DNA of 64,000 nt, taken from the human T2T-CHM13v2.0 reference genome, Homo sapiens. The DNA lies in NCBI RefSeq assembly GCF_009914755.1, contig NC_060926.1, one strand, 5' to 3'. The notes under the pieces were generated by a model. It saw only the letters and a program-made list of their open reading frames with translations. It was not told the DNA's origin and did not search any database. Both the position numbers and the translations under genes were made by a program. Shown here piece by piece: positions 1 through 14,270 of the stretch (positions are counted from its first letter, which is position 1; the number at the start of each line of letters is the position of its first letter).

Positions 1-109
1 AACCATATTGCAAACACCTTGAAATTAGAGCCATCATTGATCTTTCTATGTACTTCTTTATAACCCCTACAGAATTTATTTTCATGTGATTTATACCTAA
101 TTTGTATTT

Positions 110-470
110 TATCAGTTATTATTGCAAAAATGCTATATAACCAGTTGCCAAAGCTCAGTGACATACAACATGCAGTCCTTATTCTCACACTCACTCGTCT
201 GTGCATCCACTGGGTAACTGTGCTTCCTGAGTTACATTCTGGGGCCGTGGCTGGAGAGGTCATGACCTGCTGGGGCATGTTCCCAGGGTCATGTCAAGGA
301 AGCTCTGGAAGGGCAGGTGGAAACATGCATGCCTCTTGAGGTCTACACTGGAACTGAACCATCATCATTTCTGCACACATTCCATGGAGCTACACAAGTA
401 GCAAGGCCAAGCCTCACATCAAGTGGGGCAGTGGGTTTACTCCACCCCTAAACCCACTGCCACATGTATT
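110..470 (-). mobile_element. Old MaLR LTR fragment (MLT1 family)
   Basis: Resembles MLT1-type antisense motifs (aagctcagtg; cacattccat...caagt...aaggccaagcc...atcaagtggggcag). Boundaries approximate. Confidence 0.55.
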
Positions 471-2052
471 TGCTCATCAGTGCAGCAAATTTCTTTTACT
501 CCTGCAACTTCAAACATTGTATGAATAAAAGAAATGAGAACTAAAACTCTTCTTGTTGGCATACTGAGTTTGCCAGAATCTAAGGCTATGAGAATACATT
601 ACATCTAAACTTAGAAAAATGTAAAGAGAAACAATAACCACAAAGGCAACAACAGCTCAACAGAGCACAGTCTGTATACATCTATGGAACTTTCTAGCTC
701 CATTCTGATATTGTCTGGAATTTTGCTTGGACTGTTCATAGCAACGGGAAGAGGCCAGATTCTCTTGGCCGTAGCTGCAGTTATCACCAGGAAGCTGTTG
801 TGTTTACTGTTTCCCAGTTGTCAAAACTTTAATTGAAACAATTGCAAGATTACAGAGAGATCTCCAGTTTGAATTATGTTCAACAGCTCCCAATGATTAA
901 GCCATACAATTGTGCAACTAACCTGTTTGAATTCTCTTCAATTTCTTACAATATAAAAATCATCATTTGAACTAATCATGTACAAATTAGATTTGTGTTT
1001 AGGTCTTCTATAAAACATATATATTTTCTCTGTCTTTGAACCATTTCTCTGCATATAATATATACATATTCTACTTGAGGAAACTTTATGGTCAGGATAG
1101 TGTGGTTATTCACTCATTAGCAAAATCCCTAGACTTGATCTGCTGGAATGATTTAAATTCAAGTATAGGAGTCTATATAGGCTGAAATCTCTGATTTAAC
1201 AAATGAAGATGCAATATTGTTTCCCGCTTTTACTTCCTCTCCCTCCTCCTCCTTATTCTCTCTCTTTCTTTCTCTCACACATACATTCCCTCCCCAAACT
1301 TACACTCTCTTTATAAGACATTCTAGAATATGCAACTTTATTTTTTATTTCTGTCTTTTTGTGGCTCAATTGAGATAATTCTTTTCCAAGTTTATGATGC
1401 ATTATCCTGTTTAGGATAATTAGAAAAATAGAAACCTGCAGCTGGCAATCTAAATTGGAGGTAAAACACACCTAGAAATTTCTGCAGTGGAGAAACAGTG
1501 AAGATATTTGGACTTTACATCTACACTGATTAAGAGGGGAAGAGGCTCACTGTGTTGAAATGACTGGGGGAAGTTCACTGGCAAGGAGTTTTATAGGCAG
1601 ACCTAAGACAACATACCCTTATGCAGTCTGCTCTGCCAAATGGGTTAAATAGTAGTTTTGCAAACTTTTTTCTTTTAATTTGTTTGTCAAATACTCTGCT
1701 TTAAAATTGGGGAAGAATTTAGGTCCATTAAAACACTTTGAGTAAAAACTCAGAAAGACACTGAACATTTGAAAAGAAGGCAGCTACAGGGCTTAAACTG
1801 TGCCTCTCAGTTTGCATGTTGTCTGCAACAAAGCAAAACACACTCATGGTTATCCCCTTGAAACTTGGGGTAGGGAGATCCTGAGAAGGTTCCAGCACTC
1901 AATGCTGACATTGCGTTGTGCTATAGTATTATTATCGTGTGGCAGTGTGTAAGATCACCTTCTGTGATCACTTACTGTGTACACTCTAAAACAAATACTT
2001 TCTTAGGAGGATTTATAGATATAGATATATATTAAACATATTACACGCACAG

Positions 2053-2088
<36 letters not shown>
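2053..2088. repeat. (CA)n(TA)n microsatellite
   Basis: Directly visible. Confidence 0.95.
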
Positions 2089-3502
2089 GTAATTTGAGTT
2101 TTCCCATACCTTGTTTATATGCATGAGGTCATATGACAATAATATTTGCATGGAAGTAATGTAAACTCATGCAATTCCTCAGTCGTATTTTTTTTATACC
2201 CTGCTTACAGAGGACCTCGACAACTCCCTAAGAGCTTTGTGGCTGCTACTGGGAGTTCCTGGAGGAGTCTCCCATCAGGTCCCAGTCCTCTTGTTTTCTT
2301 AATCTTGGCTGTTTTGTGGAAGTCCTTGCGTTGCATGGCTGCTGAGGCTGTGTATGAAAACTCTGGTTTCCTAGCCAAGGAGCTGGCCTCACAAATCCCC
2401 AGAGCCCCAGGCCCCGGAAGCACAGTGCATAACGCAGACCTCTACCGCGGAGAGATATATATGTCACATGCAGGCAGCTGGGGGATAGACAGAGTTTTTC
2501 CCCATTTGCTTCTTGTCAAAGTGAAGTGCCTTCCTGGTTTTCAAAGCAAAATTGTGGAACCTCCTTAAGCCCTGCTCACCAGATTTCATAGAGTTCTTTG
2601 TTTATCAGAAGCATCAAAACAGGTTTATATTTGGTTTAATAACCCCATTTGGTGGAAGAAATAGAGATTTCAGAGATTTAAAATATTGATCCATTAAGAG
2701 ATACTAAGTTTCTGCTTAGCTTTTGAATAACTCTTCTGTATTAGGGGAAAATGTGTTGTGAGTCCCGCCTCCACAGCAAAGAAGTCAGAATTTAAATCCC
2801 GAATCTCGTTTCTAGCTGGGACCCAAGTATGCAACTTGTGCTTTACCCATCAGCCCCTCCTGTGAGATGCTCTGATGGGAAGATAGCCCCAGGAAGCAGG
2901 CTCTATGTGAACCTTCTTTTTTGCAGACACAGGGTCTGCAGAAACTCATCTTTGGGGAGACAGGGGTTGCAGCTCAAGATACTTGCAGGGAGGTCATGGT
3001 GGTGCAGACAGCATGTCGACTGAATCCGTCTCTAGGCGTTCAGCATTCGGGGGCAGCCAGCTGGGCAGGGTTTTATATTTATGATTCTGTGGTAGTCCAG
3101 CATCTTCATAATAATACATTTTGGCTTGGAACAGGCAGAGTGAATTCTTAGCTTCTATTCAAGAACCTGATCAATTAAGTTCTATTTTATCTGTTTTATG
3201 CTACCCATTTTTTTTCCTGTTAAACCTTCCTATTGGAACATTTGCAACATTTTGCAAAGTGCAGTTTAAAAACCTAGCCATAGATTCTAAAAAAATGCCC
3301 TGATTTGTTCTTTATGTTGTTCATTTACTTTGTCTGCAATGAGCTTTTCCAGATGGCCACAGGTGACTTATCCGTGGCCTATGAGTTTTGTTCAGGATGT
3401 CTTTTCATCAAAGTCTTTCCTGATTGGTATGGTTTAAAATTGTAACACACCCTTCTTCATAGCACACTTGCTGTCCTTAGCCTGTTTTATATTTTCCATA
3501 TA

Positions 3503-3859
3503 TGATAGGGTTTGGCTGTGTCCCCACCCAAATCTCATCCTGAATTGTAGCTCCCATGATTCCCATGTGTTGTGGGAGGGACCAGGTGGGAGATAATTGA
3601 ATCATGGGTGCAATTTGCCCCATTCTGTTCTCGTGGTAGTGAATAAGTCTTACAAGATCTGATGATTTTATAAGGGGTTTACCCTTTCACTTGGCACTCA
3701 GTTCTCTCTTATCCATGTAAGACATGTCTTTTGCCTTCCACCGTGACGGTGAGGCCTCTCCAGTCAGATGGAATTGTGAGTCCATTAATCCTCTTTTTCT
3801 TTATAAATTACCCAGTCTTAGGTGTGTTTTTATCAGCAGCATGAAAATGCACTAATACA
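3503..3859 (+). mobile_element. THE1 (MaLR) solo LTR, THE1B/C-like, nested in an L2 3' end
   Basis: Starts TGATAGGGTTTGGCTGTGTCCCCACCCAAATCTCATC and ends GCAGCATGAAAATGCACTAATACA. Flanking 5-bp TSD ATATA/ACATA. Confidence 0.92.
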
Positions 3860-4060
3860 ACATACCTCTTATCCCTTTCTAAATACTAAATTATATAAGC
3901 ATTTTTATTGTCATTTCCTATTAATTACCATGTAACGAGCAGGAGGGCATGTTTTGTTTGTTTCTTTATTTTGGTATGTTTTCTTACGTGATTTATTCCA
4001 AGTGCCTAGAAACTTGTCTGAAATAGTATGAATCCTTAGTAAATATTTGTTGAATGAATT
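3860..4060 (+). mobile_element. L2 3' end fragment
   Basis: gtgcctag...agtaaatatttgttgaatgaat is the typical L2 terminus. Confidence 0.65.
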
Positions 4061-6651
4061 CATAGTTTGTAAATAAAATATTTGTAATCATGCTTTGTTC
4101 CTTCACTTTTGAAAGAAACTCCTGTCAGGAAAGAAAAAGTTCAATTTCTGCAATGGCCAAAATTTACAGCCTAGGTTGTGTTTTTTCTTCCTGACTACAT
4201 GGTTAGCATCAAGACTTGAGGCGAGTCAAACCCCTGTTTGATCCTCAGTATCTTCATTTGCTATAATCTCTCCAGTACTGCACAGAGACCAAGACACAAA
4301 GATGGGACATCTAAAGGGAAAATCTAGCAATAATCCTCCGGTTTTCATATATAGATACATAATTTTTTGTTCTCTCTCTTTTTCTTCTTGCTTGTTGAGA
4401 GTCATTTGGTTAAAACGTGTTTCAACTTTTAAACTTCTCAACCTTTAAGCCAGACATTAGGAGGAAGGCACTAAGAGGCCAAAGCGGTGCAAGATGTTGA
4501 TGGATTCAAAACGGAATTAAGAGTTGGGCTGCTAATGGAACTTCTAGGGAGTAAAAACACCAAATAAGAATTGGTAAATCTACTAGAAGCAACACATCCA
4601 CCAGAAGTTGCACACAAACTGGCTGTTCAGAGCTTATACCATTAGTAACAATGCAATTAATGTGCTTATAGCCTTTCGGGTAGTTCATAAACAAAGTATC
4701 TCTTGCTCATTGGATTTGACTGTGTAGTCTGGATTCTAGAGTCTGAGAGTAGAGGCCTGGGCTGTTGAAAGGAGGGAGAGTTTGAGAGATTTCTTTCCAT
4801 TCTTGGGCCCAAGGACAACACTGACAAATGTATTCAAATACAAAATGCTTCACCCTCATGCTGGCTGGACTCATGCTGTGATGACCCACCTAAGCTTACT
4901 CCATTCCTGAATGTGCTCCATGCTCCAAATAAGCCTGCCAGTCCTCTAGGCCAGGTATGCTTGGCTCACCCGAGCAGGGATTTAGGAAGAAAACAATTCA
5001 TGTGTAGTATTTTACAGTGATTTACAGTTATTTGAAACTAAAGAAAATGAATTCATATTGTTTATAACTATTCTTTAAAAGAACACACTGGTTAACAGAC
5101 ATCTCCAATTGAAACTCTAGCTTTAAAGATGACATAGGAATTGAACTTACTTTAGGCAGAGTGTGGACTGCCATGTTGGGATGACTGTAGTCCTCCAGGC
5201 CCTCTGCCTCATGAATCAGCACCCCTAAAATGCTGATGATTTTCAAAGTACCTTCTGTATGTTTTTCTCATGACCTTCAGATTAATGAAAGCTTTAGGTT
5301 GCCTGGTCTCTTCCTACTTGCCTCAGTGGCTTTCATGGGGATGATAGCCTGGAGGCAAGTAAGAGAAAGTTGTTGCTCTTTGTATATAGAGATTAATTGT
5401 GATTTTTATGTTTGTACATAAGAATATGCATGTAAACTAGAATCTTGATTAGGCAAAATTTCAACCTTGTAACATCCTCAGACAATTGCTATTATTCACT
5501 GTAAAATTGCAAATGATATAAAGTGGCCCTTAATAAATATTTCTTTCATTTTTTAAATAAGCACATGTTAAGCACCTGTTGTATATCAATCACAAATAAG
5601 ACAATTACCAAAGGGAGCCCAGGCCTCACATCCTTCAGCCTAATGATGTATAACACTTTCATCTGCCTGTCTTGTTTTGGATGCAGTATCACTTTAAGAA
5701 TGATAATTCCAAGCTACTGAAATATTCTCAATCATAAAAAATCCAACAGATTTCACTAAACTACATTTTGTAAAGAAAAAAATTGAGAAGGACAAGACTC
5801 AAAAATGGTTTCCAGTTAGCTATAAAGACTGGAAATCACAGGTTGCATACCACCTTTATGTGGGTTAAATATAACCTTCACAAGGGTTTGTTTGGTCCAC
5901 ATATTATCAGCTTTAACAGTGCTTTTATTTTTTTTCCCCCAAATCTTTGAGCTTAGAACTAATGATGTCTTTTTAAAAAACAAAATCAGAGGATATGGCA
6001 ACTGCAGGGCTACTATTATCCTGAGAGAAATCAATGGGAGGCCATCAGAACCAGCCCTCTTACACAGCCAACCTCTTCTTCACCTGAGTCTTTAACTTCC
6101 TCATTGTCTACCCAGAACTGAGGACAGAGGTCAGGCTAATCTTGGCCCTAGTGCTCTCATTTTCTCTTTGGTAGTTTTAAAAGAAAGTTATTATTTTTTG
6201 AAATTCATATATTAAAATATTTTGGTCTAAATTCTGACCTAACTTACTCAATCGTGCCTGATCTGGTAAGAATTCAAGTTTACGACACTGCCTCTCAGCA
6301 TTGCCATTCATCAATATTTGACTATACAAACATTTTGATGAAAATGTCGTTTATATGTGTACATATATGGGCACATATAGATGTAGAAATACAAATTTAA
6401 ATATATAGAAAGAGTGAGAAAGAGAGACAGAGATGGAAAAAGAAGGAACAAAAAAATGAGATAACGAAACAAAGAAATGAAGAAAGCAAGCAAAGGGAAG
6501 GGGGGATGTGAGGGAGGGAAGAAGACAGGAAGGGAAGGAGATTATCTATATACATCTATTCTCCAAGATATTTTCAGCTCAGTTTCTGTGCCATCCCCTG
6601 TGTTACTTCAGGCTTGCCCTACCCTGACTGGTGGAATATCTTGTCTTCCAG

Positions 6652-6808
6652 ATGGAACACCATTTACCTGGTGGATTGGGCGGTCCAATGAAAGGCACCC
6701 TTACTGGGGAGGTTCCCCTCCTGGGGTCCAGCAGTGTGAGTGTGGCCTAGACGAGAGCTGCCTGGACATTCAGCACTTTTGCAATTGCGACGCTGACAAG
6801 GATGAATG
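6652..6808 (+). CDS. CNTNAP5: CNTNAP5 coding exon (~exon 14, 157 nt), fibrinogen C-terminal-like domain
   Basis: Acceptor ttgtcttccag|AT and donor TG|gtaatg. Encodes (D)[51 protein letters not shown](W). Phase 1 to 2. Confidence 0.95.
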
Positions 6809-6981
6809 GTAATGAGAATCTCCATCTTTCTGCAATTGTAGAGAAAGCACATTAATTGATGCATAAAATTCCCCAAGACAGAAGGACATGGATGAGAAAT
6901 TCAATACAAACTGGAGCTCCCCCGATGGTGACTTTTGTTTTTTAACCTTAAAAATGGTAAATTCTAGTGTTTTCAGTATGA

Positions 6982-7356
<375 letters not shown>

Positions 7357-8746
7357 CCCACCAGCTTCTTATATTCAGAACTTCCCATTTCAAACAAGGA
7401 ATGGCATGCAATATTGAGCTTTGCGATTGAGTCAGGGTATTTATGATATGTGGACTATATGTTTTGGGGGGAGAGAGTGAGAGAGATAGGGATGTGGGGT
7501 TATATAGGCTGTTTCTTCATGCTCCCATTGATGTTTCAGTCACCAGCCTTCCCTTTTGCTACCAATAAACACATAGCAAAGGAAATGTATATTTATTAAG
7601 CATCTATTAAATTTCATATAATTATCTTACTTTTGCTTCTTAATGTTGAGTAGTATCTATTGCAGAGATGTTAAATAATTTTCCCAGTGTCAAACATGTC
7701 TGTCAAGTGATAGATACAGAATCAGAAATCAGCCATTTCTGCAGCCAGAGTTTCTTAGTCTCCTACACCAACTTACTTCTGTAAAATCAATTTAGTTTGA
7801 AGCTTCCATGCCCATTACATTTACTCTTCTTTTATCCTCCAGGTGAACTGCTAGTTTTTTACTGTATTGATTGTGAAAATATGTACAGATCATTTCCAAA
7901 TATACTTTTGTTTTGACTGAATTTAAAGCATTCTTTGGTTTTGGCTTAGCAATTTTGCTTACTTCATCAAATGCTACTTAATTTTAATTAAAAATTCTTA
8001 TGTTAAGCTAGTCTCAATCCCCAAATTTCCCTTTAGTGTTTTTACTCACTCCTCAAACTGTTAACAGCAAGGACTATTTCACATAAAATATAAAGTTAAG
8101 TCAAAATCTCAGTTCAGCAAGGAAAGGACCAGGCATCTGTCTTCATTGGGTCCTAGGAGATGTGTATTATCACTTCAGAACACCCTAGGGCTGCTTGGGC
8201 ACCAGGGCAGGTTACCCGAGTGCCTTCTCCTAAACTCAAGCTGGCCGAAGTTATAGGGTAATGAATTTTGCCTCTTCATGTGGGTAAAATCAGATATAGT
8301 TAACCACAGGTAGAATGGGCTTCTGCATTCTGTGAGCCCCCACTTTATCCTGCAGCGAATTCTATCTCATTATTGCGGATGCCTACAAACCAACTATGAT
8401 TTGTAGCCTGGGTGGAGGCCATGTCTCTTTAAACATTATACCTCTCAAGACCTACAGAAGACATTCAGTGGTAATTAGTTGAACAGATTAATTTAGACAA
8501 TCTTTAAAGAAGAGAATTATCGCAAGATGGCACCTATGAGCTTGGGAGGTGTGTTGAAGTGTTAGATGGTTGTGCTGCCGTAAAACATATTCAAACATCT
8601 GCTCCCAATCGCTTGGATTCACTCATTCCTTTGATTTATAGGTTTACTCTCACAGTGCATATTAGACACTATGTGTATAGTCAAAGAAACAGATATAGGA
8701 GCTAGAATAGGTAGAAGTGCTTCCCCCTAGTTACTCTTGACTCTGA

Positions 8747-8862
8747 CCCCTCCCCTCCCCTCCCTCCTCCTTCCCTCTCTCCGTCCTTCCCTCTCTCCCT
8801 TCCTTCCTTCCTTCCTTCCTTCTTTCCTTCCTTCCTTTCTCTCTCTCTCTTTCTTTCTTCCT
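8747..8862. repeat. Polypyrimidine (CCCT/CCTT/CT)n microsatellite at Alu tail
   Basis: Directly visible; abuts the 3' end of an antisense Alu. Confidence 0.9.
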
Positions 8863-9132
8863 TAGACGGAGTCTTGCTCTGTCGCCCAGGCTGGGGTGCA
8901 ATGATGCAATCTCTGCTCACTGCAACCTCTGCTTCCAGGGTTCAAGCGATTCTCCTGCCTCAGGCTCCTGAGTAGCTGGTATTACAGGGCACACCACCAC
9001 GCCTAGCTAAGGTTTAGTACAGACGGGGTTTCTCCATATTGGTCAGGCTGGTCTCGAGCTCCTGACCTCATGATTCTCCTGCCTCGACCTCCCAAAGTGC
9101 TGGGATTACAGGCGTGAGCCAACGCTCCCGGC
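8863..9132 (-). mobile_element. AluS, antisense, shortened linker
   Basis: agacggagtcttgctctgtcgcccaggctgg ... gggattacaggcgtgagcc. Confidence 0.95.
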
Positions 9133-10071
9133 AGACTCTGAGTCCTTTCTTAGCTGCCTTCTTGATCTTTGCTCACTGTTTCTTTTCCTTTACCCCTTTC
9201 TTTATAGGACATTTGCCTACTGAACACTACCTCAGTGTCTCCTCTTACTTGGGAACAACTGACCCAGGCTTAAATTACTGCACACTGAGGGGCAGGGAAA
9301 AGCGTGGCCTTATATCCCTTAATTGGGCTGAAGGGCTCTGTGTCTCCTTTCCTAAAACTTTCCACTGATCTCTTCCATTCCGCTCCCAGCCTCTCCCTCC
9401 TTTGACTTGCTCAATGTTTCACTCTGAACCCCTCATCTGATAATTTCACTTCATCATCTAGAGTGAGCCCAGAGGGATTCTTCATAATGTCTTCTCTCAC
9501 CTTGATCATTCCAGAAGTTATTACATATTTCATGACCCTTTCCATTTCCTTTAGAGCCAGGGACTATTTTCCATCCAGTGCCATTTTCTGTGGCAAGAGA
9601 CCTCGCTCAGGGCACCAGAATTTATTATTAGATAAGGTCCTGTTCAACAATCAGCCTATCAAAGGTCAAGAGAAAAGGACTGAACTTCCCCTCTTAAGGA
9701 TGCCTGACTCACTCCTGGATGTCCCATAGCAGCACGTTGACCATCTTTGGGCAAAGTCTAGGTGAGAACAGATCAGAAAGTTTCTTCTGTCATTCTCAAG
9801 AGGGAGTAGAGACTGATATTCTGATTCAACACTTCTGAGCTTCATTCATTGTCTTAGTGCAAGTCATAGCTTGTGATAAAGGGTTTTTATAAATACTTTA
9901 TTATAGAAGCATTTATATGTATTACTTTATCAGATATTTACTGATTTATCACTTACTTAGTGCCTACTGTGTGCCAGACGGATAGTCTGCTGTGCAGAGA
10001 AAGTCAGGGGCATTACGGTCCCTGCCCTTGAGGAACCCTCAGAACACTGGAAAGAAAATGCTATTTAGTTA

Positions 10072-10477
<406 letters not shown>

Positions 10478-11629
10478 TTAAAAAATCTGGCGAGAGAAAT
10501 AAGCACAGATGTGCCTGAACCTGGGGTAGAAATGAGCTGGGAAATTTAGATTGTGAAGAGAAGCAGCAGTTACGTTTTGAAGGAGCAGAAGCAGCTAGTT
10601 AAATAAATAAACAAACTGGTGTACTACAAGTAGGGGTTGGGGGTAGGGGGAACATCTGTGTGCAGTGGGGAAATTTAAAATAATATAAAAATCACCGGCC
10701 TCTTAAACCACAAATATATTGGTGTGGTTGTTGCACAGTCGTCATTTGAGAAATGTACAGAAGATAAAGGAAAGGAGGAAGGTCAAATTCAGGTTATGAA
10801 GCTCCTTGTATGGAAATAACAGTGAGCTAGCTTTGTCTGTACAAGGATTATGGGCATACAATAAGTATTCACACATGACACCAGGCATATCTTTGTGAAA
10901 ATGCATTTATTATTTATCTATCAAACTCTACTATTTACTGCAGAAAGGAAAAATACAAAAGCTAACACACTCGTGAAATAGTTAATCAAGTTCAACATAC
11001 ATGCAACTTATTTCTTGACAACTGACTTTCCACACGTTTCAAATTTTTGTTTTAGACCACCACACCTCTTTTTATATCAGTGGTTCTCTGTGTGCCTCAG
11101 AGAAACTTTGGATATTCTTGCCTTGTAAAATTCCCTCAAGCTTTTGCTCTTGTGAAATTAATCAGAAAACTGACTTGGCCTTGTATAGCACGCAGTGGAT
11201 AGCGGTTGAATATGTTACAACTCCTAGATAGTATTGTCACTTAAATGTTACCTATCATATCCTGAATTGTTCTTAATATTTTATATACTGTACCTCATAT
11301 TAACATCTCAATAACTCTTGAGGTTGGTTTTATTATTTCTTTTCCCCAGAAAAAAGAAACTGAGTCTCAGAGATGATAAATGGTTCGGTTAAGGTCGCTT
11401 GACTAAGGGGCAGAGTAGGCATTTTAGCTGAATCTAAGGATGCCCTTAATGATTATGTCAAAGGAGCTGCTAATGTTGGAGTTTTGAATAATAGCCAGTC
11501 AGTAAGGATGCTAGAGAGAACTCTCCTACAATCTCTCAAATCACATCACCGCAGCATGCATGTTTCTTTTTGCTAAGCCAGGGTGCTTAGGGAAACTGGG
11601 GCATCTTCTAAGCCTCTGGTGATTGATAA

Positions 11630-11770
11630 TTTTTTGTTTTGTTTTATTATTTTTTTGAGTAAGCTTCTCACTTTGTTGCCCAGGCTGTTCTTGAACTCCT
11701 GGGTTCAAGCAATCCTCCCATCTCAGCCTCCCAAAGCATTGGGACTATAGGTGCATTCAACCATGGCCGT
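11630..11770 (-). mobile_element. FLAM (free left Alu monomer)
   Basis: ctcactttgttgcccaggctgttcttgaactcctgggttcaagcaatcctccc; single monomer with T-rich tail. Confidence 0.8.
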
Positions 11771-12985
11771 CTTGTTCTATTTTAATAAGCCACTGTAACT
11801 GAATAACATACATTTCAATAAGACCCAAGTAAATGAAGATAATGAGTGCATGTTGTAGGGCTGAGTGAAAGTGACACAGCTCACAAGGTTGAGGTGGGTG
11901 GGGAGAGAAAAAAAAGTCATTCAGTGAACCTCAAAAGCACATTTCCTTCTTAGAGTAAGAGGAAAGCTTTAACTACCCGTCGGAATTAGCTGATTTCCTA
12001 GGGGTTTTTCTATCTCAGCCAAATCACTAAATTGTAATGAAAAAGGAATAAATGAAGGAACATATAAAGAATAATAATTTTACTGATTAATGACTGTCTG
12101 CAAAGGAACTTCTCTCAACATAATCATTCAATCTCTAGGAGTCCTCCCAACTAGATGGTTTCTGAACCAGCTACTTTATAGTGCTGGCTTGTTGAGAGTA
12201 AGAAAGGAAACTCTGGTGACAGCTCTGGGTTGCAGACCCTGGAGACAGCACAGGAGAGTGTTGGGCTGTGTGGAAGGTGGAAAAACAGTCATCCAGCAAG
12301 AGGCGTCAAAGGCTGGTGGAGCAGCATGTTGGAGAAGGCAGAGAGAATACACAATGTCCCTCATGATGATGACCCGTGGCCCAAATGAAGAGTCTTCTCA
12401 TCCAAACAACCAGGTTGCCCTAAAGTGAAGCTCTTTTACTTGGCAGTAGAACATTCTTTTATTTATTTTAGAAGAAAGTACAGAAGTTTTCATTTGATTT
12501 TTAGTAACTCTGTTCTTTGCCTCTCGCCCTTAGTGTACCCTTGTATAAAGTGATATGGCAAAAATAGGAAGAGAAAATGATGTAAGGTGTAAATTCCGGT
12601 CATCTGATAATCCAAAAAAGAAAATATTTTATTCTTTTCCATAAAGAATAGAATATTTTTATGGGATGTTATCTTTTTAGCACATGGAATCCTGGAGCTT
12701 TAAGCTACTACTTACTCTTTGGTTCTACTTTTCTGTTACAGAGAAATTATTTAATAAATGTTGCTAAATTCATGAATGAATGATGGATGAATGATTTCTG
12801 TTAGACAGATTTTTACCAATGTATTTTTAGATAGGTCAGGCCATAGCCATGATAGAATTAGTTGAAATTTACTTCCTTGTTAGCCATTACTCCTGTTTCA
12901 CAATCTCACAATAAATGCTTACCAAATTTTAACCTACATGCCTTTTGCTACAGATTGATTTTCTTCTGGCTATCAAAAGTAGTTA

Positions 12986-13285
12986 TTTCTCTTTCTATGC
13001 CCGGATTATTTCATTTACCATCATATATTCCAGGTTTATTCATGTTATTGAAAAGGGCAGGGTTTTCTTAATTTGCCAAGCTTGAACAGTAGTTCATTGG
13101 TTATATACACATTTTCGTTATTCATTTATTCACTGATGGACGCTGAGATTGTTTCCATGTGAGGGGATAGATATGTCAGGTAGCTTGATTTAGCCATTCC
13201 ACAATTTATACATATGTCAACACATCACGTTATACCCTATAAATATATACAATTTTTGTTGTTCAATTAAATGATTAATTTTTTA
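12986..13285. mobile_element. 5'-inverted (twin-primed) L1MA-type 3' fragment
   Basis: Antisense L1 segment (~12986-13158) joined to a sense L1MA terminus (atgtgagg...tttagccattccacaat...caattaaa). Perfect 11-bp TSD AAAAGTAGTTA. Confidence 0.82.
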
Positions 13286-14103
13286 AAAAGTAGTTACAAG
13301 TGAACTTCCTGTTCCAAAAGTTATCTTTGTATACATTTGCCTTCAAAATAAGCTTTTGTTTTGGTGAATGCATGTCTAATCCAGGCCCCAGGACATTGCC
13401 CTCCCCAAGGGCCCTGCATTCCCTTCCCATGAGATGCAGAATGAGATGATGCTGGATGCCTCCTAGTGGTGTCGAATTTTGCTGTTTCCTCACCTGGGTC
13501 ATTATTTGATCTTTCAGAACTCTTTCGGTTTCCTCAAAACCTTCACCTCTGAGATTCCCAGGCTCCATGCATTAAGGGCGCCTTAGACCACATAGTATCT
13601 TGAGAAGGGGCCCCAATCCTGAATTCTGAGAGAAATAACAATTCACCTCAGGGCACACTAACGTTCTATCCCTTATTTAAAAATAATAATAAATTAGGCA
13701 ATCTCTATTGGTTGAATTTTATTATTCATTAATCTGTTTATGAGCTACTCTACTGCTTATTGAGTTTTGAAAGTGCTTGTTCTCTAGGCAGACAGGAATT
13801 AGGAAGGGTTTATGTGGGTTTTTGCTCACTCGGTCCCTGAATTCCCAGACACATCTTGCAAACTAATCAGCGCCAGCCTCTTGTGTTGGAGAGGAGTGTG
13901 CTTGGCATGCGGTGGGTCCTCCATGCCTTAACTGCTGAATGAGAGGATGCATGAATGAAGAGATGGGACATTTTCTCTCTCCCCATCCACACTTTCTAGT
14001 TATTTTCTGCTGTTTCAGTCATTGAATATACTCTTAAAGTATACATTCTGGAGTAACTTGATACTGGCTTCCTTATGCTAATGTTCCCATGACTGGGTTT
14101 CAA

Positions 14104-14270
14104 TTTTTTTTTATTTTGTTTTTAAGGCAGAATCTCACTCTGTCACCCAGGCTCGAGTGCAGTGGTGTGATCTTGGCTCACCGCAGCCTCAAACTCCTGA
14201 CCTCAAGCAATCCTCACGCGTCGAACTCTCAAAGTTATGGGATTACAGGCGTGAACCATTGTGCCCAGCC
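14104..14270 (-). mobile_element. FRAM / Alu right monomer
   Basis: tctcactctgtcacccaggctcgagtgcagtgg...gggattacaggcgtgaaccattgtgcccagcc; single monomer. Confidence 0.85.

Noticed and set aside
2146-2568. 140-aa ORF in non-repetitive intronic sequence
   Set aside because: Non-ATG start, no recognisable domain, and no fit to the Caspr frame.
6601-6651. Upstream AG (ttacttcag, 6610-6611) as the exon ~14 acceptor
   Set aside because: It would add 40 nt and break the frame; the 6651 acceptor preserves the Caspr sequence.
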